Below are positions 42,932 through 53,251 of a stretch of DNA of 64,000 bases, piece by piece (position 1 is the stretch's first letter; each line of letters starts with the position of its first letter). A program made the position numbers and the translations under genes. The stretch is from an uncultured Haloferula sp. (GTDB lineage Bacteria > Verrucomicrobiota > Verrucomicrobiia > Verrucomicrobiales > Akkermansiaceae). The notes under the pieces are model-generated. The model was not told the DNA's origin and searched no databases. It saw nothing but the letters and a program-made list of their open reading frames with translations. Location of the stretch: assembly GCA_965652295.1 (NCBI GenBank), contig CBFGTS010000007.1, positions 32,001-96,000 on the forward strand. Reading direction: 5' to 3'.

Positions 42932-45900
42932 ATGAATCCAGACCGCGCGACCCTTAATTTCCTCAACGGTTTCCCCGAGGAATCCCGCAAGCTGGGCGAG
43001 ACCTTGCAGCAAGACGGCATGGTCACCCAGATCTTCGGCAACCACCTGTTCATCCAGGGGCGCGTCGAGCACGAGAGCGGTACCTTCCGCACCAGCCTGC
43101 GTCTCCAGGGTAACCGTTGGTTCGGCTCCTGCACCGCGGAGGACGAGATCATTTCCGGTGCCTGCCAGTACGCGACGATGATGGAGCGGATGCACCGTGG
43201 CGAGGCGCTGCCGGAATCTCCCAACGAGTTCGACGACACGCCGGTGCTCGACATCATCGAGGACAAGCTCGGCCGCGAGCTCGACGACAAGGAGGCGGAC
43301 TTCGTTTCCAAGGTCGAGAAGCGCTACCGCCGCTACGTCATCGAGGGCGAGATCCACGACCACGACATGGTGCGCCTGACGCCGCGCTGGGAAATCACCA
43401 CCTACGAGCCGCTCGAGCTGTGGCCGATGCCGCCGGGCGACATCCTCGAGTTCTGGAACTACCTCGCCTACGCCTTCTACAAGCGGAAGCTCCCGTATCC
43501 GGACTTCATGAACGTCATCACGGATCTGAACTACGTTCAGAAGAAGATGGCGGATTGGGAGCAGGAGCGCGAGGTCGCGGCCTGGTACGACCGCATCGAG
43601 CAGGTCAACGAACGCCCGCCGCAGGGCCCGCCGATGAACATCGCCTTCCGTCTGGTGGCGACGATCAACGAGGCCCGCCTCGAGGGCCGGGAGGGCAATG
43701 GCCCGTGGATGCAGCTGCGGGAAAAGAACGAGATCGAACGCTACTTCCCGCTCTTCGCCGAAGCCGCGCTGCGCATGGATGCACCCAGCCAGGTGCTGTG
43801 GGAGCATTTCCTCGCCTATTACAAAGAGACGGGCGAGACGACCTTCGACTTCGATCAGGAGCATGCCTGCCGCTTCATGAACCGTCTCTTCCGCCAGCCG
43901 GCGTTGAAGGGCTACCTCGTGAACCTGGACGAGAAGGAATTCAAGGTGGTGGACCGCCCCCTGAGCTGGGTCTGCGAGGACGATCCTTATGATCCGGGCA
44001 GCTACGCCCTGCAGCTCGTCACACTGGAGGGCGAGAACGTTTCCCACTCCGTGCGCATGCTGCCGGGCCGCAAGGAACTCTATCAGTCCGATGAAACCGT
44101 TTTCCCGGGCCCGCCGCGCTGGCTGGAGGAAACGGAGATCATGCCCCGCTACCTGATCCCGAAGAAGGTGATCGATTCGCTCGAGGGCGTCGAGTTCCTC
44201 CGCAAGATCGGTGCTTCGCTGCCGGAATCACTGAAGAAGCGCGTCGTGGATCTCGAGCTGAAGCCGAAGTTCGAGCTGAAGCTCGTCGCCGGCCTGACCG
44301 CGGCGGAGACCGAACACCTGGTGGTGGAGGTCAACGCCATCGAGTCCAAGGACCGCCGCACCGAAAAGCTCACCCGCGAGGGCTGGGAAGTCGTCGAGCA
44401 GCAGTCGTTGAAAGGCCGCCAGCTCCTGCGTTTCGCCCGCGAAGACCTCTACCCGGTGCCTTCGCTGCTGGAGGAAATGGGGCTGACCTACGATGAAAAG
44501 CTCGGAGCCTTCAAATCCCGGATCACCAAGCAGTTTCCCGAGAAATTCGCCGAATGGATCCAGACCATGCCCGAGGCGGTCACGCTCGATATCGATGTCC
44601 GCCTGAAGTCGATCCTCGCCGATCCCGTCACCGCCGCGGTGCGCTTCGAGGTCATCAATCAGGACATCGACTGGTTCGACCTGCGGATCGTCATCGACGT
44701 CGACGGCGTCAATCTTTCCAAGGCGCAGATCCGTCAACTCGTGGCCGCCCGCGGTGGCTACGTGCGGATGGAGGACGGCTCCTGGATGCGGCTTGAGATC
44801 AAGCTCGATCCCGAGCAGCGCGACGCCGTCACCCGCCTCGGCCTCGATCCCTTCGACCTTTCCGGAGAGACCCACCGCATGCACGCGCTGCAGTTGGCCG
44901 ATCCGAAAGCGGCCGAGGTCTTCGACCCGAAAGCGTGGAAGCGCATCAAGGACCGCGCTGGCGATATCACCATCGATGTGAGGCCGCCGGTGCCGGACCG
45001 TCTCGACGCCACCCTGCGGCCGTATCAGGTCGAGGGCTACCAGTTCCTCGCCTATCTTTCGACCAATCGCTTCGGCGGCATCCTGGCCGACGACATGGGT
45101 CTGGGGAAAACGATCCAGTCGCTCACCTACATCCTGTGGCTGCTTGAAGAGCGCGAGAAAAACAACGAGTCCCACCGCCCGGCGCTTATCGTCTGTCCGA
45201 AGTCGGTGCTCGATGTGTGGGCCAGCGAGGCGCAGAAATTCTGTCCCGGCGTGCGCGCCAAGATCCTCCGCAACCGCGACGATCTCGACGTGCCGGAGAC
45301 GCAGGAGAACATCGACATGCTCATCCTCAACTACGCGCAGTTGCGCGTTTGCGGAGACCTGCTCAATGAAATCAAGTGGCTCACCATCATCCTCGACGAA
45401 GGCCAGCAGATCAAGAATCCGGACTCGAAGGCCGCTAAGTGCGCCCGTGAGCTGGATTCGCAGAACCGCCTGGTGCTGACGGGAACGCCGATCGAGAACC
45501 GCCTCCTCGACATGTGGTCGCTGATGGCGTTCGCCATGCCCGGCGTCCTCGGCAGCCGCGCCTACTTCAAGAAGCGCTTCGACAAGAGGAAGGACCCGCT
45601 TTCCCAGAACCGCCTGGCCGCCCGCCTGCGCCCGTTCCTGCTCCGCCGGACCAAGCTCCAGGTGGCCCAGGACCTGCCGCCGCGGACGGAAGAGGAGGTC
45701 TACTCCACCATGGATGGCATCCAGCAGGATCTCTACAAGGCCGAGCTGAAGCGGATTCAGAAAGCGCTGTTGGGGCTCGATTCCGACGAGGCGGTGAAGA
45801 AGAACTCCTTCGCCATTCTCCAAGGACTCATGCGCCTGCGGCAGATCTGCTGCCACCCGGGCCTGATCGATCCGAAGTATCTCAAGGAAGAGAGCGCCAA

Positions 45901-46564
45901 GATGGAGTCTCTCTTCTACCTGCTTGATCAGCTCTACGAGGAAGGTCACAAGGTACTGGTCTTCTCGCAGTTCGTTTCGATGCTCGATCTGATCAAGGCG
46001 CGCCTTGAGCTGGACGCCCGTCCGTTCCACTACCTCACCGGGCAAACGAAGGACCGGAAGGGCGAGATCGAGAGCTTTCAGACGACCAAGGACGCCTCGG
46101 TGTTCATGCTTTCGCTGAAGGCGGGCGGTGCCGGGCTGAACCTGACCTCGGCCTCGTACGTGATTCTCTACGACCCGTGGTGGAACCCGGCGGTGGAAAA
46201 CCAAGCCATCGACCGCACGCACCGGATCGGTCAGAAGAGCAAGGTCATCGCCTATCGTCTGCTGACCCGCGACACGGTCGAAGAGAAGATCCGCATCCTG
46301 CAGCACCAGAAAACCCAGCTCGTCACCAACGTCCTGGGCGACGAGGGCTTCGCCTCGAATCTCGGGCTTGATGACTTGCAGTTCATCCTCAGCCACGGTG
46401 GGGAGGACGAGGAGGATTTCCCGCAGCCGGCACGCAAGACCGCGAAGAAGGTGGCGACCTCCGAGGAGGAAGAGGAATCCGAGACCCTGTCGCTCGCGAA
46501 AAAATTGCCCAAGAAGCTGCCAAAGAAAAAGGTGGCCAAAGAGGGCGCGAAAAAGCAGAAGTGA
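42932..46564 (+). CDS. SNF2-family (DEXQ-box) helicase
   Basis: LRPYQ, GILADDMGLGKT, LDEGQQIKN, LTGTPIEN, RLRQICCHP, VFSQF, SLKAGGAGLNL, QAIDRTHRIGQ. Confidence 0.95.
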   Translation: MNPDRATLNFLNGFPEESRKLGETLQQDGMVTQIFGNHLFIQGRVEHESGTFRTSLRLQGNRWFGSCTAEDEIISGACQYATMMERMHRGEALPESPNEFDDTPVLDIIEDKLGRELDDKEADFVSKVEKRYRRYVIEGEIHDHDMVRLTPRWEITTYEPLELWPMPPGDILEFWNYLAYAFYKRKLPYPDFMNVITDLNYVQKKMADWEQEREVAAWYDRIEQVNERPPQGPPMNIAFRLVATINEARLEGREGNGPWMQLREKNEIERYFPLFAEAALRMDAPSQVLWEHFLAYYKETGETTFDFDQEHACRFMNRLFRQPALKGYLVNLDEKEFKVVDRPLSWVCEDDPYDPGSYALQLVTLEGENVSHSVRMLPGRKELYQSDETVFPGPPRWLEETEIMPRYLIPKKVIDSLEGVEFLRKIGASLPESLKKRVVDLELKPKFELKLVAGLTAAETEHLVVEVNAIESKDRRTEKLTREGWEVVEQQSLKGRQLLRFAREDLYPVPSLLEEMGLTYDEKLGAFKSRITKQFPEKFAEWIQTMPEAVTLDIDVRLKSILADPVTAAVRFEVINQDIDWFDLRIVIDVDGVNLSKAQIRQLVAARGGYVRMEDGSWMRLEIKLDPEQRDAVTRLGLDPFDLSGETHRMHALQLADPKAAEVFDPKAWKRIKDRAGDITIDVRPPVPDRLDATLRPYQVEGYQFLAYLSTNRFGGILADDMGLGKTIQSLTYILWLLEEREKNNESHRPALIVCPKSVLDVWASEAQKFCPGVRAKILRNRDDLDVPETQENIDMLILNYAQLRVCGDLLNEIKWLTIILDEGQQIKNPDSKAAKCARELDSQNRLVLTGTPIENRLLDMWSLMAFAMPGVLGSRAYFKKRFDKRKDPLSQNRLAARLRPFLLRRTKLQVAQDLPPRTEEEVYSTMDGIQQDLYKAELKRIQKALLGLDSDEAVKKNSFAILQGLMRLRQICCHPGLIDPKYLKEESAKMESLFYLLDQLYEEGHKVLVFSQFVSMLDLIKARLELDARPFHYLTGQTKDRKGEIESFQTTKDASVFMLSLKAGGAGLNLTSASYVILYDPWWNPAVENQAIDRTHRIGQKSKVIAYRLLTRDTVEEKIRILQHQKTQLVTNVLGDEGFASNLGLDDLQFILSHGGEDEEDFPQPARKTAKKVATSEEEEESETLSLAKKLPKKLPKKKVAKEGAKKQK

Positions 46565-46606
46565 AGAATCACGGATCTCATCCGTTTTCCAAAAACCCCA
46601 GACAAT

Positions 46607-46650
46607 CGCCCTGCTCGCCGGTTTTCCGGTGGGTGGGGCGGTTCCTTTTT
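46607..46650 (+). terminator. Rho-independent terminator after the SNF2 gene
   Basis: cgccctgctcgccgg-tttt-ccggtgggtggggcg (G-U pairs) followed by gttccttttt. Confidence 0.6.
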
Positions 46651-46731
46651 CCGGAGGCGCTTCTTGGAAGGGTTCTTAAATGATCCGCTTTGCCATCGCC
46701 AGCCGCAGCTCGGGCAACCATCCTCCGAGCC

Positions 46732-47664
46732 GTGCGGCGATTGGTATCCATCGACGAGATCGCGGGCCTTCCGGGTCCGGCTCACTTGGCTCTCGGGGTG
46801 TTTGACGGCGTCCACCTCGGGCACCAAGCGGTGATCGCGCGGGCGGTCGAGGCGGCGCGGGACCGCGGAGGCGCGGCGGGAGTGTTGACTTTTGATCCGA
46901 ACCCCCTCCGGGTCCTGGCTCCTGAGAAAGCGCCGGCGCGGCTTCTGGCTTCGCTCGATCACAAAGCGGAGATCCTGGCTCCCTTGGGGGTGGATTTCCT
47001 GGTGGCGCTGCCGTTCGATCAGGAGCGGGCGCGGGTCGAGGCGGAGGATTTCGTCAACGAACTCATTGCGGCGGGATGTGCGACGCTTGTCGCCGGCGAG
47101 GATTGGCGGTTCGGCCGGGATCGGCGCGGCGGGCGCGGCCTGCTCGACCGGATGGCGGCGGAGAGGGGTTTCGATTTCCACGCCATCGCGCCGGTGATGA
47201 TGGAGGGTGAGAGAATCAGCAGCACCCGGGTGCGTCAGGCGATCCGGGATGGAAACCTTGATGCCGCCGCGAGAATGCTGGGTCGCCGCTACACGGTGCA
47301 GGGGCGGGTGATCAAGGGGCGCGAGCTCGGCCGCAAGCTCGGCTTTCCCACCGCCAACCTCGAACGGGGGGAAGAACAGTACCCTCCCGATGGAGTCTGG
47401 GCGGTGCGGGCAGGAGTCGGTGGCGTGTGGCATCCGGCCGTCGCGAATCTCGGCGTGAGGCCGACGGTGGACGGCAGCGTGCGGCAACTCGAGGTGCACC
47501 TCATCGGGTTTCAAGGCGATCTGTATGGCGAGCTGATGGAGGTGGACTGGATCCGGCATCTGCGGGGCGAAAAGCGTTTTGCGAGTCTCGACGAACTGGC
47601 TGCGGCGATTGAGGTCGACCGGGCTGCCGCGGCCGCGTGCCTGGCCGATGCCAAAGAACGATGA
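46732..47664 (+). CDS. ribF: Bifunctional riboflavin kinase / FAD synthetase
   Basis: GVFDGVHLGHQ, ISSTRVR, GRKLGFPTAN, N.G.RPTV, EVHL, LRGEKRF. Confidence 0.97.
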   Translation: MRRLVSIDEIAGLPGPAHLALGVFDGVHLGHQAVIARAVEAARDRGGAAGVLTFDPNPLRVLAPEKAPARLLASLDHKAEILAPLGVDFLVALPFDQERARVEAEDFVNELIAAGCATLVAGEDWRFGRDRRGGRGLLDRMAAERGFDFHAIAPVMMEGERISSTRVRQAIRDGNLDAAARMLGRRYTVQGRVIKGRELGRKLGFPTANLERGEEQYPPDGVWAVRAGVGGVWHPAVANLGVRPTVDGSVRQLEVHLIGFQGDLYGELMEVDWIRHLRGEKRFASLDELAAAIEVDRAAAAACLADAKER

Positions 47665-47765
47665 AATTTCCCGGATTTTCGGCTTACGCTGCCCGATGCA
47701 GCTCCCTATAAGCCTTCGAAAACCCCGGCATGCCTGAACTTTCCATTGCGTCCATCCGCGTCCCG

Positions 47766-50198
47766 ATGCGCCATGTTCTAACTCTTACGGCCCTGATTTG
47801 TGCGGCAACGACCCTGCCCTTGGCGGCCCAGGGTTCGTCGCTCGCCGAGGCGGAGCTTCAACGCCGCACGGCTGCGGCCGTGGAAGCTCGCCAGCTCATG
47901 GAGAGTGGCGATGAAGCCTATCAGAAGGGGGAATACGACGAAGCTGCGAAAGCCTACCGTGGCGCCGTCGAACTGCTTCCTTCCGGGGCCCCAGTCTTCG
48001 CTGAACAGCGCGCCTTGGCCACTGAGCGCTTCGCGCAGGCTTCTGTCGAGATCGCGCGCAAGGCCCGTCGCTTGGGCAATCTGGACAAGGCGGAAGCCGC
48101 CTTGGATGCGGTGCTTCAGCCGGACATGCTCCCCAATGACATCGGGGCGCTCGCTGAGCGGGAGCAGCTCTTCGACCCCATTCGAACCAATCCGGCATCC
48201 AGCGCCGAACATACTTCCGACATCGAGGAAGTTCGCTTTCTTCTCTACCGCGCCCACGGTGCCTTCGAAGCAGGGAAATTCGATGAAGCGCATGCGGTGT
48301 TCGAGGACGTCCTCCGCGTGGATCCGACCAACACCGCCGCTCGCCGCGGAATGGAGAAAGTCGCCGCCGCGAAATCGAGCTATTTCATGGCCGCCCGCGA
48401 CCATGCCCGGGCCGAGATGCTCGGGATGGTGGATGGGGCGTGGGAGCTGGTTCCGCCCGCTCCGGAGGCCTTCGGTTTCGAAGATGTCCGGGTCGATTCA
48501 CGCGAGCAGGCGGTCGATTACTCCACCAAGATCCGCCAGATCGAAATCCCGGTCGTGATGCTGGAGGACGTCTCCATCATCGAAGCGATCGATTTCGTCC
48601 GCGGGCAGGCGATCGAGCTGGATTCCCAGGAGCTCGATCCTGCTCGGCGCGGAGTGAACATCGTTCTGGATCTGAACGACAACCCGGCGATTCTGAGCCA
48701 TCGGTTCAATCTCAGCCTGCGGAATGTGCCGCTGCTCCAAGTGATCGAATACATCGCCCAGGAAACCGGCACTGTGGTGGTCGAGCAGCCCTATGCGATC
48801 ACTCTCCGGCCGGCGGGTTCCTCATCCGCGGATCTCGTTACCCGCACCTTCCGGGTTCCCCCGGACTTCCTCAGCGCCGGATCGACCAATGCCGAAGCCC
48901 CTGTGGACGTCCCCGACCCGTTTGGCGACGATGGCAGCACGGGCGGTGGTGTGACTGCTCGCCGGCTCACCGCCCAGCAGGTGCTCGAATCGCGGGGCGT
49001 GACTTTCCCCGAGGGGGCCTCAGCGAGTTTCAATGCCTCGACCTCCGAGCTCCGGGTGATCAACTCCACCGCGAACCTGGCGATGGTGCAGCAGGTCGTG
49101 GATGCGCTGGCCAGTCAGGAGCCGACCTCGGTGATCGTCGAGGTGAAGGTGATCCGCACCAGCCAGAAGAATCTCGAAGAGCTGGGTTTTGACTGGCTGA
49201 TGGGGAACTTCGGTGTCGGCGGCGCGGGGAGCATCCCCGGCACCAATCCGGTGTACATCGGCGGTGGCACCCAGGGCAACGGGGGCGACTTGTCGGATAT
49301 CCCAGTGGGGGGCATGTTTCCCGCGCCGATGACAGCCGGAAACCGCAGTGGTCAGGAGGCGATCCCGCTCGACTCGCTCGACGACATCATCGCCAATCCC
49401 GATCGCATCGCCCAGAGCGTAGTTCCCCGCGCCCCCGGAGCCCTTTGGGTCAATGGGTTTGTCAACGATACCTTCGTCAACATGATGATGCGCGGGCTCG
49501 GCCAAAAGAAGGGGACGGACTTGATGACCAAGCCCTCGGTCGTGACCCGCAGTGGGCAGGCGGCGTCGGTGCGCGTGACCCGTGAGTTCATCTACCCTAC
49601 CGAATATGAACCGCCGGAGCTGCCGAACTCGATCGGCACCTCGTCGGTGATCGATTTCTCCGGTGGCTTCGGGTTAGGCGGTGGCTCGGGATCGAGCTTT
49701 CCCGTCACCCCGGCGACACCGACCAGCTTCGAAATGCGGGAAATCGGGGTGATCCTTGACGTACTGCCGACGGTCAGCGCCGACAAGAACTACGTCGATG
49801 TCAGTCTCAAGCCCGACCTCACCGAGTTCGACGGCTTTGTGAACTACGGCTCACCCATCACCTCTGGTTCTGCGTCGAGCCTTTCTTTCGGGGGGGGTGG
49901 CGTAAGCCTCACGGAGGAGCCGCAGATTCTCACTCGGAACGAGATCGTCATGCCTGTGTTTTCAAAAATGGCGACGGAAACCTCGCTCACCGTGGCGGAT
50001 GGCGCGACGATCGTCATCGGCGGCATGCTGGAAGAACGTCACCAGAACATCGAGGACCGGACCCCGGTGCTGGGCGACCTGCCCATCGTGGGCCGGCTGT
50101 TCCAGAGCAAGGTGGATGCGCCTACCCGGACAGCGATCCTGTTCCTCGTGAACGTGAAGGTAGTGGACGCAGCGGGTCGCCCGTTCAACAATAGGTGA
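47766..50198 (+). CDS. Secretin, Amuc_1098-like type IV pilus/T2SS outer membrane protein
   Basis: Signal peptide, TPRs, LEELGFDW, REFIYPTEYEPPE, FDGFVNYGSPI, DG.TIVIGG..PVLGDLPIVGRLF. Confidence 0.88.
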   Translation: MRHVLTLTALICAATTLPLAAQGSSLAEAELQRRTAAAVEARQLMESGDEAYQKGEYDEAAKAYRGAVELLPSGAPVFAEQRALATERFAQASVEIARKARRLGNLDKAEAALDAVLQPDMLPNDIGALAEREQLFDPIRTNPASSAEHTSDIEEVRFLLYRAHGAFEAGKFDEAHAVFEDVLRVDPTNTAARRGMEKVAAAKSSYFMAARDHARAEMLGMVDGAWELVPPAPEAFGFEDVRVDSREQAVDYSTKIRQIEIPVVMLEDVSIIEAIDFVRGQAIELDSQELDPARRGVNIVLDLNDNPAILSHRFNLSLRNVPLLQVIEYIAQETGTVVVEQPYAITLRPAGSSSADLVTRTFRVPPDFLSAGSTNAEAPVDVPDPFGDDGSTGGGVTARRLTAQQVLESRGVTFPEGASASFNASTSELRVINSTANLAMVQQVVDALASQEPTSVIVEVKVIRTSQKNLEELGFDWLMGNFGVGGAGSIPGTNPVYIGGGTQGNGGDLSDIPVGGMFPAPMTAGNRSGQEAIPLDSLDDIIANPDRIAQSVVPRAPGALWVNGFVNDTFVNMMMRGLGQKKGTDLMTKPSVVTRSGQAASVRVTREFIYPTEYEPPELPNSIGTSSVIDFSGGFGLGGGSGSSFPVTPATPTSFEMREIGVILDVLPTVSADKNYVDVSLKPDLTEFDGFVNYGSPITSGSASSLSFGGGGVSLTEEPQILTRNEIVMPVFSKMATETSLTVADGATIVIGGMLEERHQNIEDRTPVLGDLPIVGRLFQSKVDAPTRTAILFLVNVKVVDAAGRPFNNR

Positions 50199-50227
50199 GC
50201 CCCGGACCGAGGACCGAGCGACACGTC

Positions 50228-51757
50228 ATGTCTGATTCTGATAAGGACAACTATAGCATTGATGAAATGCTGGAGCGCCTCAAATCGCGTTCCACCCCGA
50301 AAGCGGAGAATGAACCCGAGCTGGTGACCCGGGAGGATGGGTCACAGGTTTACCGCGTCCGCAAGCGCAAGCGAAGAAGTCGTCAGCCGCACAAGGAGAA
50401 GGAGGTGAAGCGCCGTCGGCGGACTTTGGTGACGGTGAGTTTCGCCACCATTGTCGCATTCTTTGCAGGCATTGCGGTCATTGTGTGGCTGCTCTATCTC
50501 AATGGCCCGAGCTATCAGGCCAAGGTGGAGGATCGCATTTCAAAGGTCAGCGGTGCCGAAGTGGAAACCACGCTGTTCCGGGCCACTCCCCTCGGCGTCG
50601 GATTCCAAAACATGACTTTGAAATGGCCCGAGACCTCGCCGGTCGCCAGCCTCAGGATCAGTCATGCCTCGGGCGATCTTGATTTTTCCAGTCATCTCAC
50701 AGGTCAGTGGCGGGGCGAGTTGTTGCGAGCCAATACCGTGGAGATGGTGCTGCAAGCGCCTGCTCCGGGGCCGCAAACCGGGGTGATCCCCGCTGGCGGC
50801 ATCCCTTTCCTCCAGCCCATACGGGCGGGCAACTTCAAGCTCCGCATGGGTGGGGAGAAGGCGACACCGCTGCTCCTTTCGGACGGCTTCGCGACTCTGA
50901 CCGTGACCGATCCGATGGCACCCCAGGCCACCTTGGTGGTGGAAAAGGGGAGACTACGAATCTGGAACTGGGGTCGTTTCGACCTCGGGGTCGCCAGCTT
51001 CAAGCTTGCAGAGAACGGAGTTCAACTCGGAACCATGGTGTTTTCGCCTCTGGAGCACCCGAAGTCGGAGTTCCGGCTTCAAGGCCAGCCGGAGGTGCCC
51101 CTGCCCTTGGATGGGAGCGAAGCCACGATGACGCTCGGCATCACCAACATGCCCAGCGAAGAGCTTCTTGGCGCGGACATGGGCTGCCTTTTCGAGGCCA
51201 CTCTGGAGAATGCCTCGGAAGCCGTGCCCTGCACGGTCACAGCCGATCTCACCAAGCTCGACTCGATCCGGGTGGAAGGGGCGGTTTCAAGCCAATCGAG
51301 TTCGCTCGCTTATCTCAAGAAGCTTCCGATGTTCCTCGCGTTGGCCGATTTGATGGACGACCAGAAATTCCATGAACCTCGTCTGGAGCTGAAGCAGCCG
51401 GTCTATTTCACCCGTGATCAGGTCGAGGGCACCACCCTCCGGGATTTCGATTTCGACGGCCGCGGAGTGTTGCGGCTCCGTGGAAAAATCACGGTCGATC
51501 CGCAAGGCAATCTCTCCGGGCGGCTTGACGTTGGGATCCACCAGACGTCGGCCTTGCTCTGCGATAGCCGTGCCTTCCCGATCGTTTTCTCACGCGAGAG
51601 TGAAAACTACGCTTGGGGGACGGTGGAGCTGTCCGGCAAGGCCCGCGCTCCTGCGGATGACCTCGCGGCGCAGATCGAGGCCGCACTCGCCGGTACATCT
51701 CCTGCCGTGCAAGGTGCCGGAGGCCTTGAGGACGAATTCGAGCGGCTTACACGCTGA
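50228..51757 (+). CDS. Membrane-anchored hypothetical protein (AsmA-like beta-rich periplasmic domain)
   Basis: Basic N-terminus RVRKRKRRS, one TM helix, beta-rich remainder. Confidence 0.7.
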   Translation: MSDSDKDNYSIDEMLERLKSRSTPKAENEPELVTREDGSQVYRVRKRKRRSRQPHKEKEVKRRRRTLVTVSFATIVAFFAGIAVIVWLLYLNGPSYQAKVEDRISKVSGAEVETTLFRATPLGVGFQNMTLKWPETSPVASLRISHASGDLDFSSHLTGQWRGELLRANTVEMVLQAPAPGPQTGVIPAGGIPFLQPIRAGNFKLRMGGEKATPLLLSDGFATLTVTDPMAPQATLVVEKGRLRIWNWGRFDLGVASFKLAENGVQLGTMVFSPLEHPKSEFRLQGQPEVPLPLDGSEATMTLGITNMPSEELLGADMGCLFEATLENASEAVPCTVTADLTKLDSIRVEGAVSSQSSSLAYLKKLPMFLALADLMDDQKFHEPRLELKQPVYFTRDQVEGTTLRDFDFDGRGVLRLRGKITVDPQGNLSGRLDVGIHQTSALLCDSRAFPIVFSRESENYAWGTVELSGKARAPADDLAAQIEAALAGTSPAVQGAGGLEDEFERLTR

Positions 51758-51824
51758 GTTCCGCCGCGTCTTCTATGCTTGTGGCTTCCCGGCTCCGTCT
51801 CCAGTCTGTTTCCGCTTCCGGACC

Positions 51825-52928
51825 ATGAGTGCCTCCCCACCTCCGCAACCTTTCTTCGAACACTTCGGACAGGGTGGGGCGATCCATGCTCCGGGGATCA
51901 ACGACCGGGCGGAACGTAAACTCGGTCGTACCTTGCTCCAACCGGTCGAGGCCCTCGGCCGCGGGATTCTCCTGCGCGCTCCGCGTGCCGGATATGGGAA
52001 GACCCATGTTCTGGAGAGGGTCCGCCAGCAGATCGGCGATGGGCATGAGTTCATCCCCTTGCGTCCACTCGACAGCGCCAAGCCGAATGCGGCCGCGGCT
52101 GTCGAGGATGCCCTCCGGCGCTTGACCCGCCAGCTCCCTGCCTCGGGCGGACTGTCTTCGCTCGATATTTATTCCCGTCATCTCTTCGCCCTTGGCCTTC
52201 AGCCACTCGTCAGCTCGGGAGAGGTGCCATGCCAGGATCGCGAGGCGGCGTCACAGGCGCTGCTGAAGCGTCCTGTGGAAACCTTCAACTTCCATCACGC
52301 CCAGGCGGTCACCGCGCATTGGACGCGCGAGAATTTCGAAGTCCTGGGCCCCCGGATTTCGCTGGAAATCAGCAGGGAAACCGGATGCTCGCTCAACCAG
52401 GTTGCCTTTTGGGTGGCTTCCTTGTTCCGCTTTGCCACGGCCTCGCCGGAGCAGGCTGGACGCGGCGGCCTGCTGCTCCAAACGGCGACTGAAAATGCGG
52501 ACGCGGACCGCTTCGGCACCCTTCTGGCGCTGCTTTCGCGGCTCAGACGGATCGTCCTCATCGTCGACGACCTTGAGGGCGTTCACGGCGATCCTGCCGG
52601 GGCCCGCGCGATCGCCGGTTTTCTCTCCACCCTTCGCCAGGAAGCCCCGCGGGTGGACATCGTCGTTTCCGTCAACGACGACGTGTGGGACAGTGCGTTT
52701 GTGCCCGCGTTGAGCGGAGGGCTCCTCGACCGTTTGTCCGAGGTGGTGATCCGGCTCGATCCCATCGATCACCAGGGGGTTCTCTCTCTTCTCCATGCCC
52801 GCGGCTATCCGAATGCCGATGAATTGGCTCGTCACGTCGGTGGTGGAGAGACCGGAACCCACCCCCGTGCGGTCCTGAGACACGCCACGGAAATGGTCGC
52901 CGATCCGACTTCCTCGGCCACGTCCTGA
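51825..52928 (+). CDS. P-loop NTPase (AAA-like) of unknown function
   Basis: Walker A APRAGYGKT, Walker B LIVDDLE, DRL arginine-finger-like motif. Confidence 0.8.
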   Translation: MSASPPPQPFFEHFGQGGAIHAPGINDRAERKLGRTLLQPVEALGRGILLRAPRAGYGKTHVLERVRQQIGDGHEFIPLRPLDSAKPNAAAAVEDALRRLTRQLPASGGLSSLDIYSRHLFALGLQPLVSSGEVPCQDREAASQALLKRPVETFNFHHAQAVTAHWTRENFEVLGPRISLEISRETGCSLNQVAFWVASLFRFATASPEQAGRGGLLLQTATENADADRFGTLLALLSRLRRIVLIVDDLEGVHGDPAGARAIAGFLSTLRQEAPRVDIVVSVNDDVWDSAFVPALSGGLLDRLSEVVIRLDPIDHQGVLSLLHARGYPNADELARHVGGGETGTHPRAVLRHATEMVADPTSSATS

Positions 52929-52977
52929 GTGATGACGCGGGTGGGTCGATGGATGTCGATTCACGGACATTTTTCCC

Positions 52978-53007
52978 TTGCCTCAGGCCCGGATCACGTC
53001 CCATCTT
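52978..53007 (+). promoter_or_regulatory. Putative sigma70 promoter of tRNA-Asn
   Basis: TTGCCT-18 bp-CATCTT followed by a GC-rich discriminator. Confidence 0.4.
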
Positions 53008-53038
53008 CCGCCCGCCCCGTCGGGGCAAACCAAGAAAT

Positions 53039-53113
53039 TCCGGTGTAGCTCAGCGGTAGAGCGGGTGGCTGTTAACCACTAGGTCGTAGGTTCGAACCCT
53101 ACCGCCGGAGCCA
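53039..53113 (+). tRNA. tRNA-Asn(GTT)
   Basis: TCCGGTG acceptor stem, D-arm GCTCAGCGGTAGAGC, anticodon loop CT-GTT-AA, T-loop GGTTCGAACC, encoded CCA. Confidence 0.98.
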
Positions 53114-53115
53114 AT

Positions 53116-53158
53116 GAAGGGCGCTGATTCTCAATGAGTCAGCGCCCTTCGCCTTTTT
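53116..53158 (+). terminator. Hairpin/terminator directly after tRNA-Asn
   Basis: gaagggcgctgattc-tcaat-gagtcagcgcccttc followed by gccttttt. Confidence 0.7.
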
Positions 53159-53167
53159 CGGGTGGAG

Positions 53168-53191
53168 TCAGACTGAACACTCAGACTGAAC
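53168..53191. repeat. 11-bp direct repeat TCAGACTGAAC x2 (candidate integrase arm-type sites)
   Basis: Copies at 53168-53178 and 53181-53191, 55 bp from the tRNA 3' end. Confidence 0.7.
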
Positions 53192-53251
53192 GCTTGTGCT
53201 GGCACGGCTGTCCCTTGAAGCACGGTGTCCTCCTGATATGGAAGGAGGAGC

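Noticed and set aside
43100..43180. SWIM zinc finger at the SNF2 N-terminus
   Set aside because: Only GSCTA...ACQY is present; the CxC..CxH ligand set is incomplete, so it is at most a degenerate remnant.
44228..46396. 722-aa minus strand ORF
   Set aside because: Antisense shadow of the SNF2 helicase.
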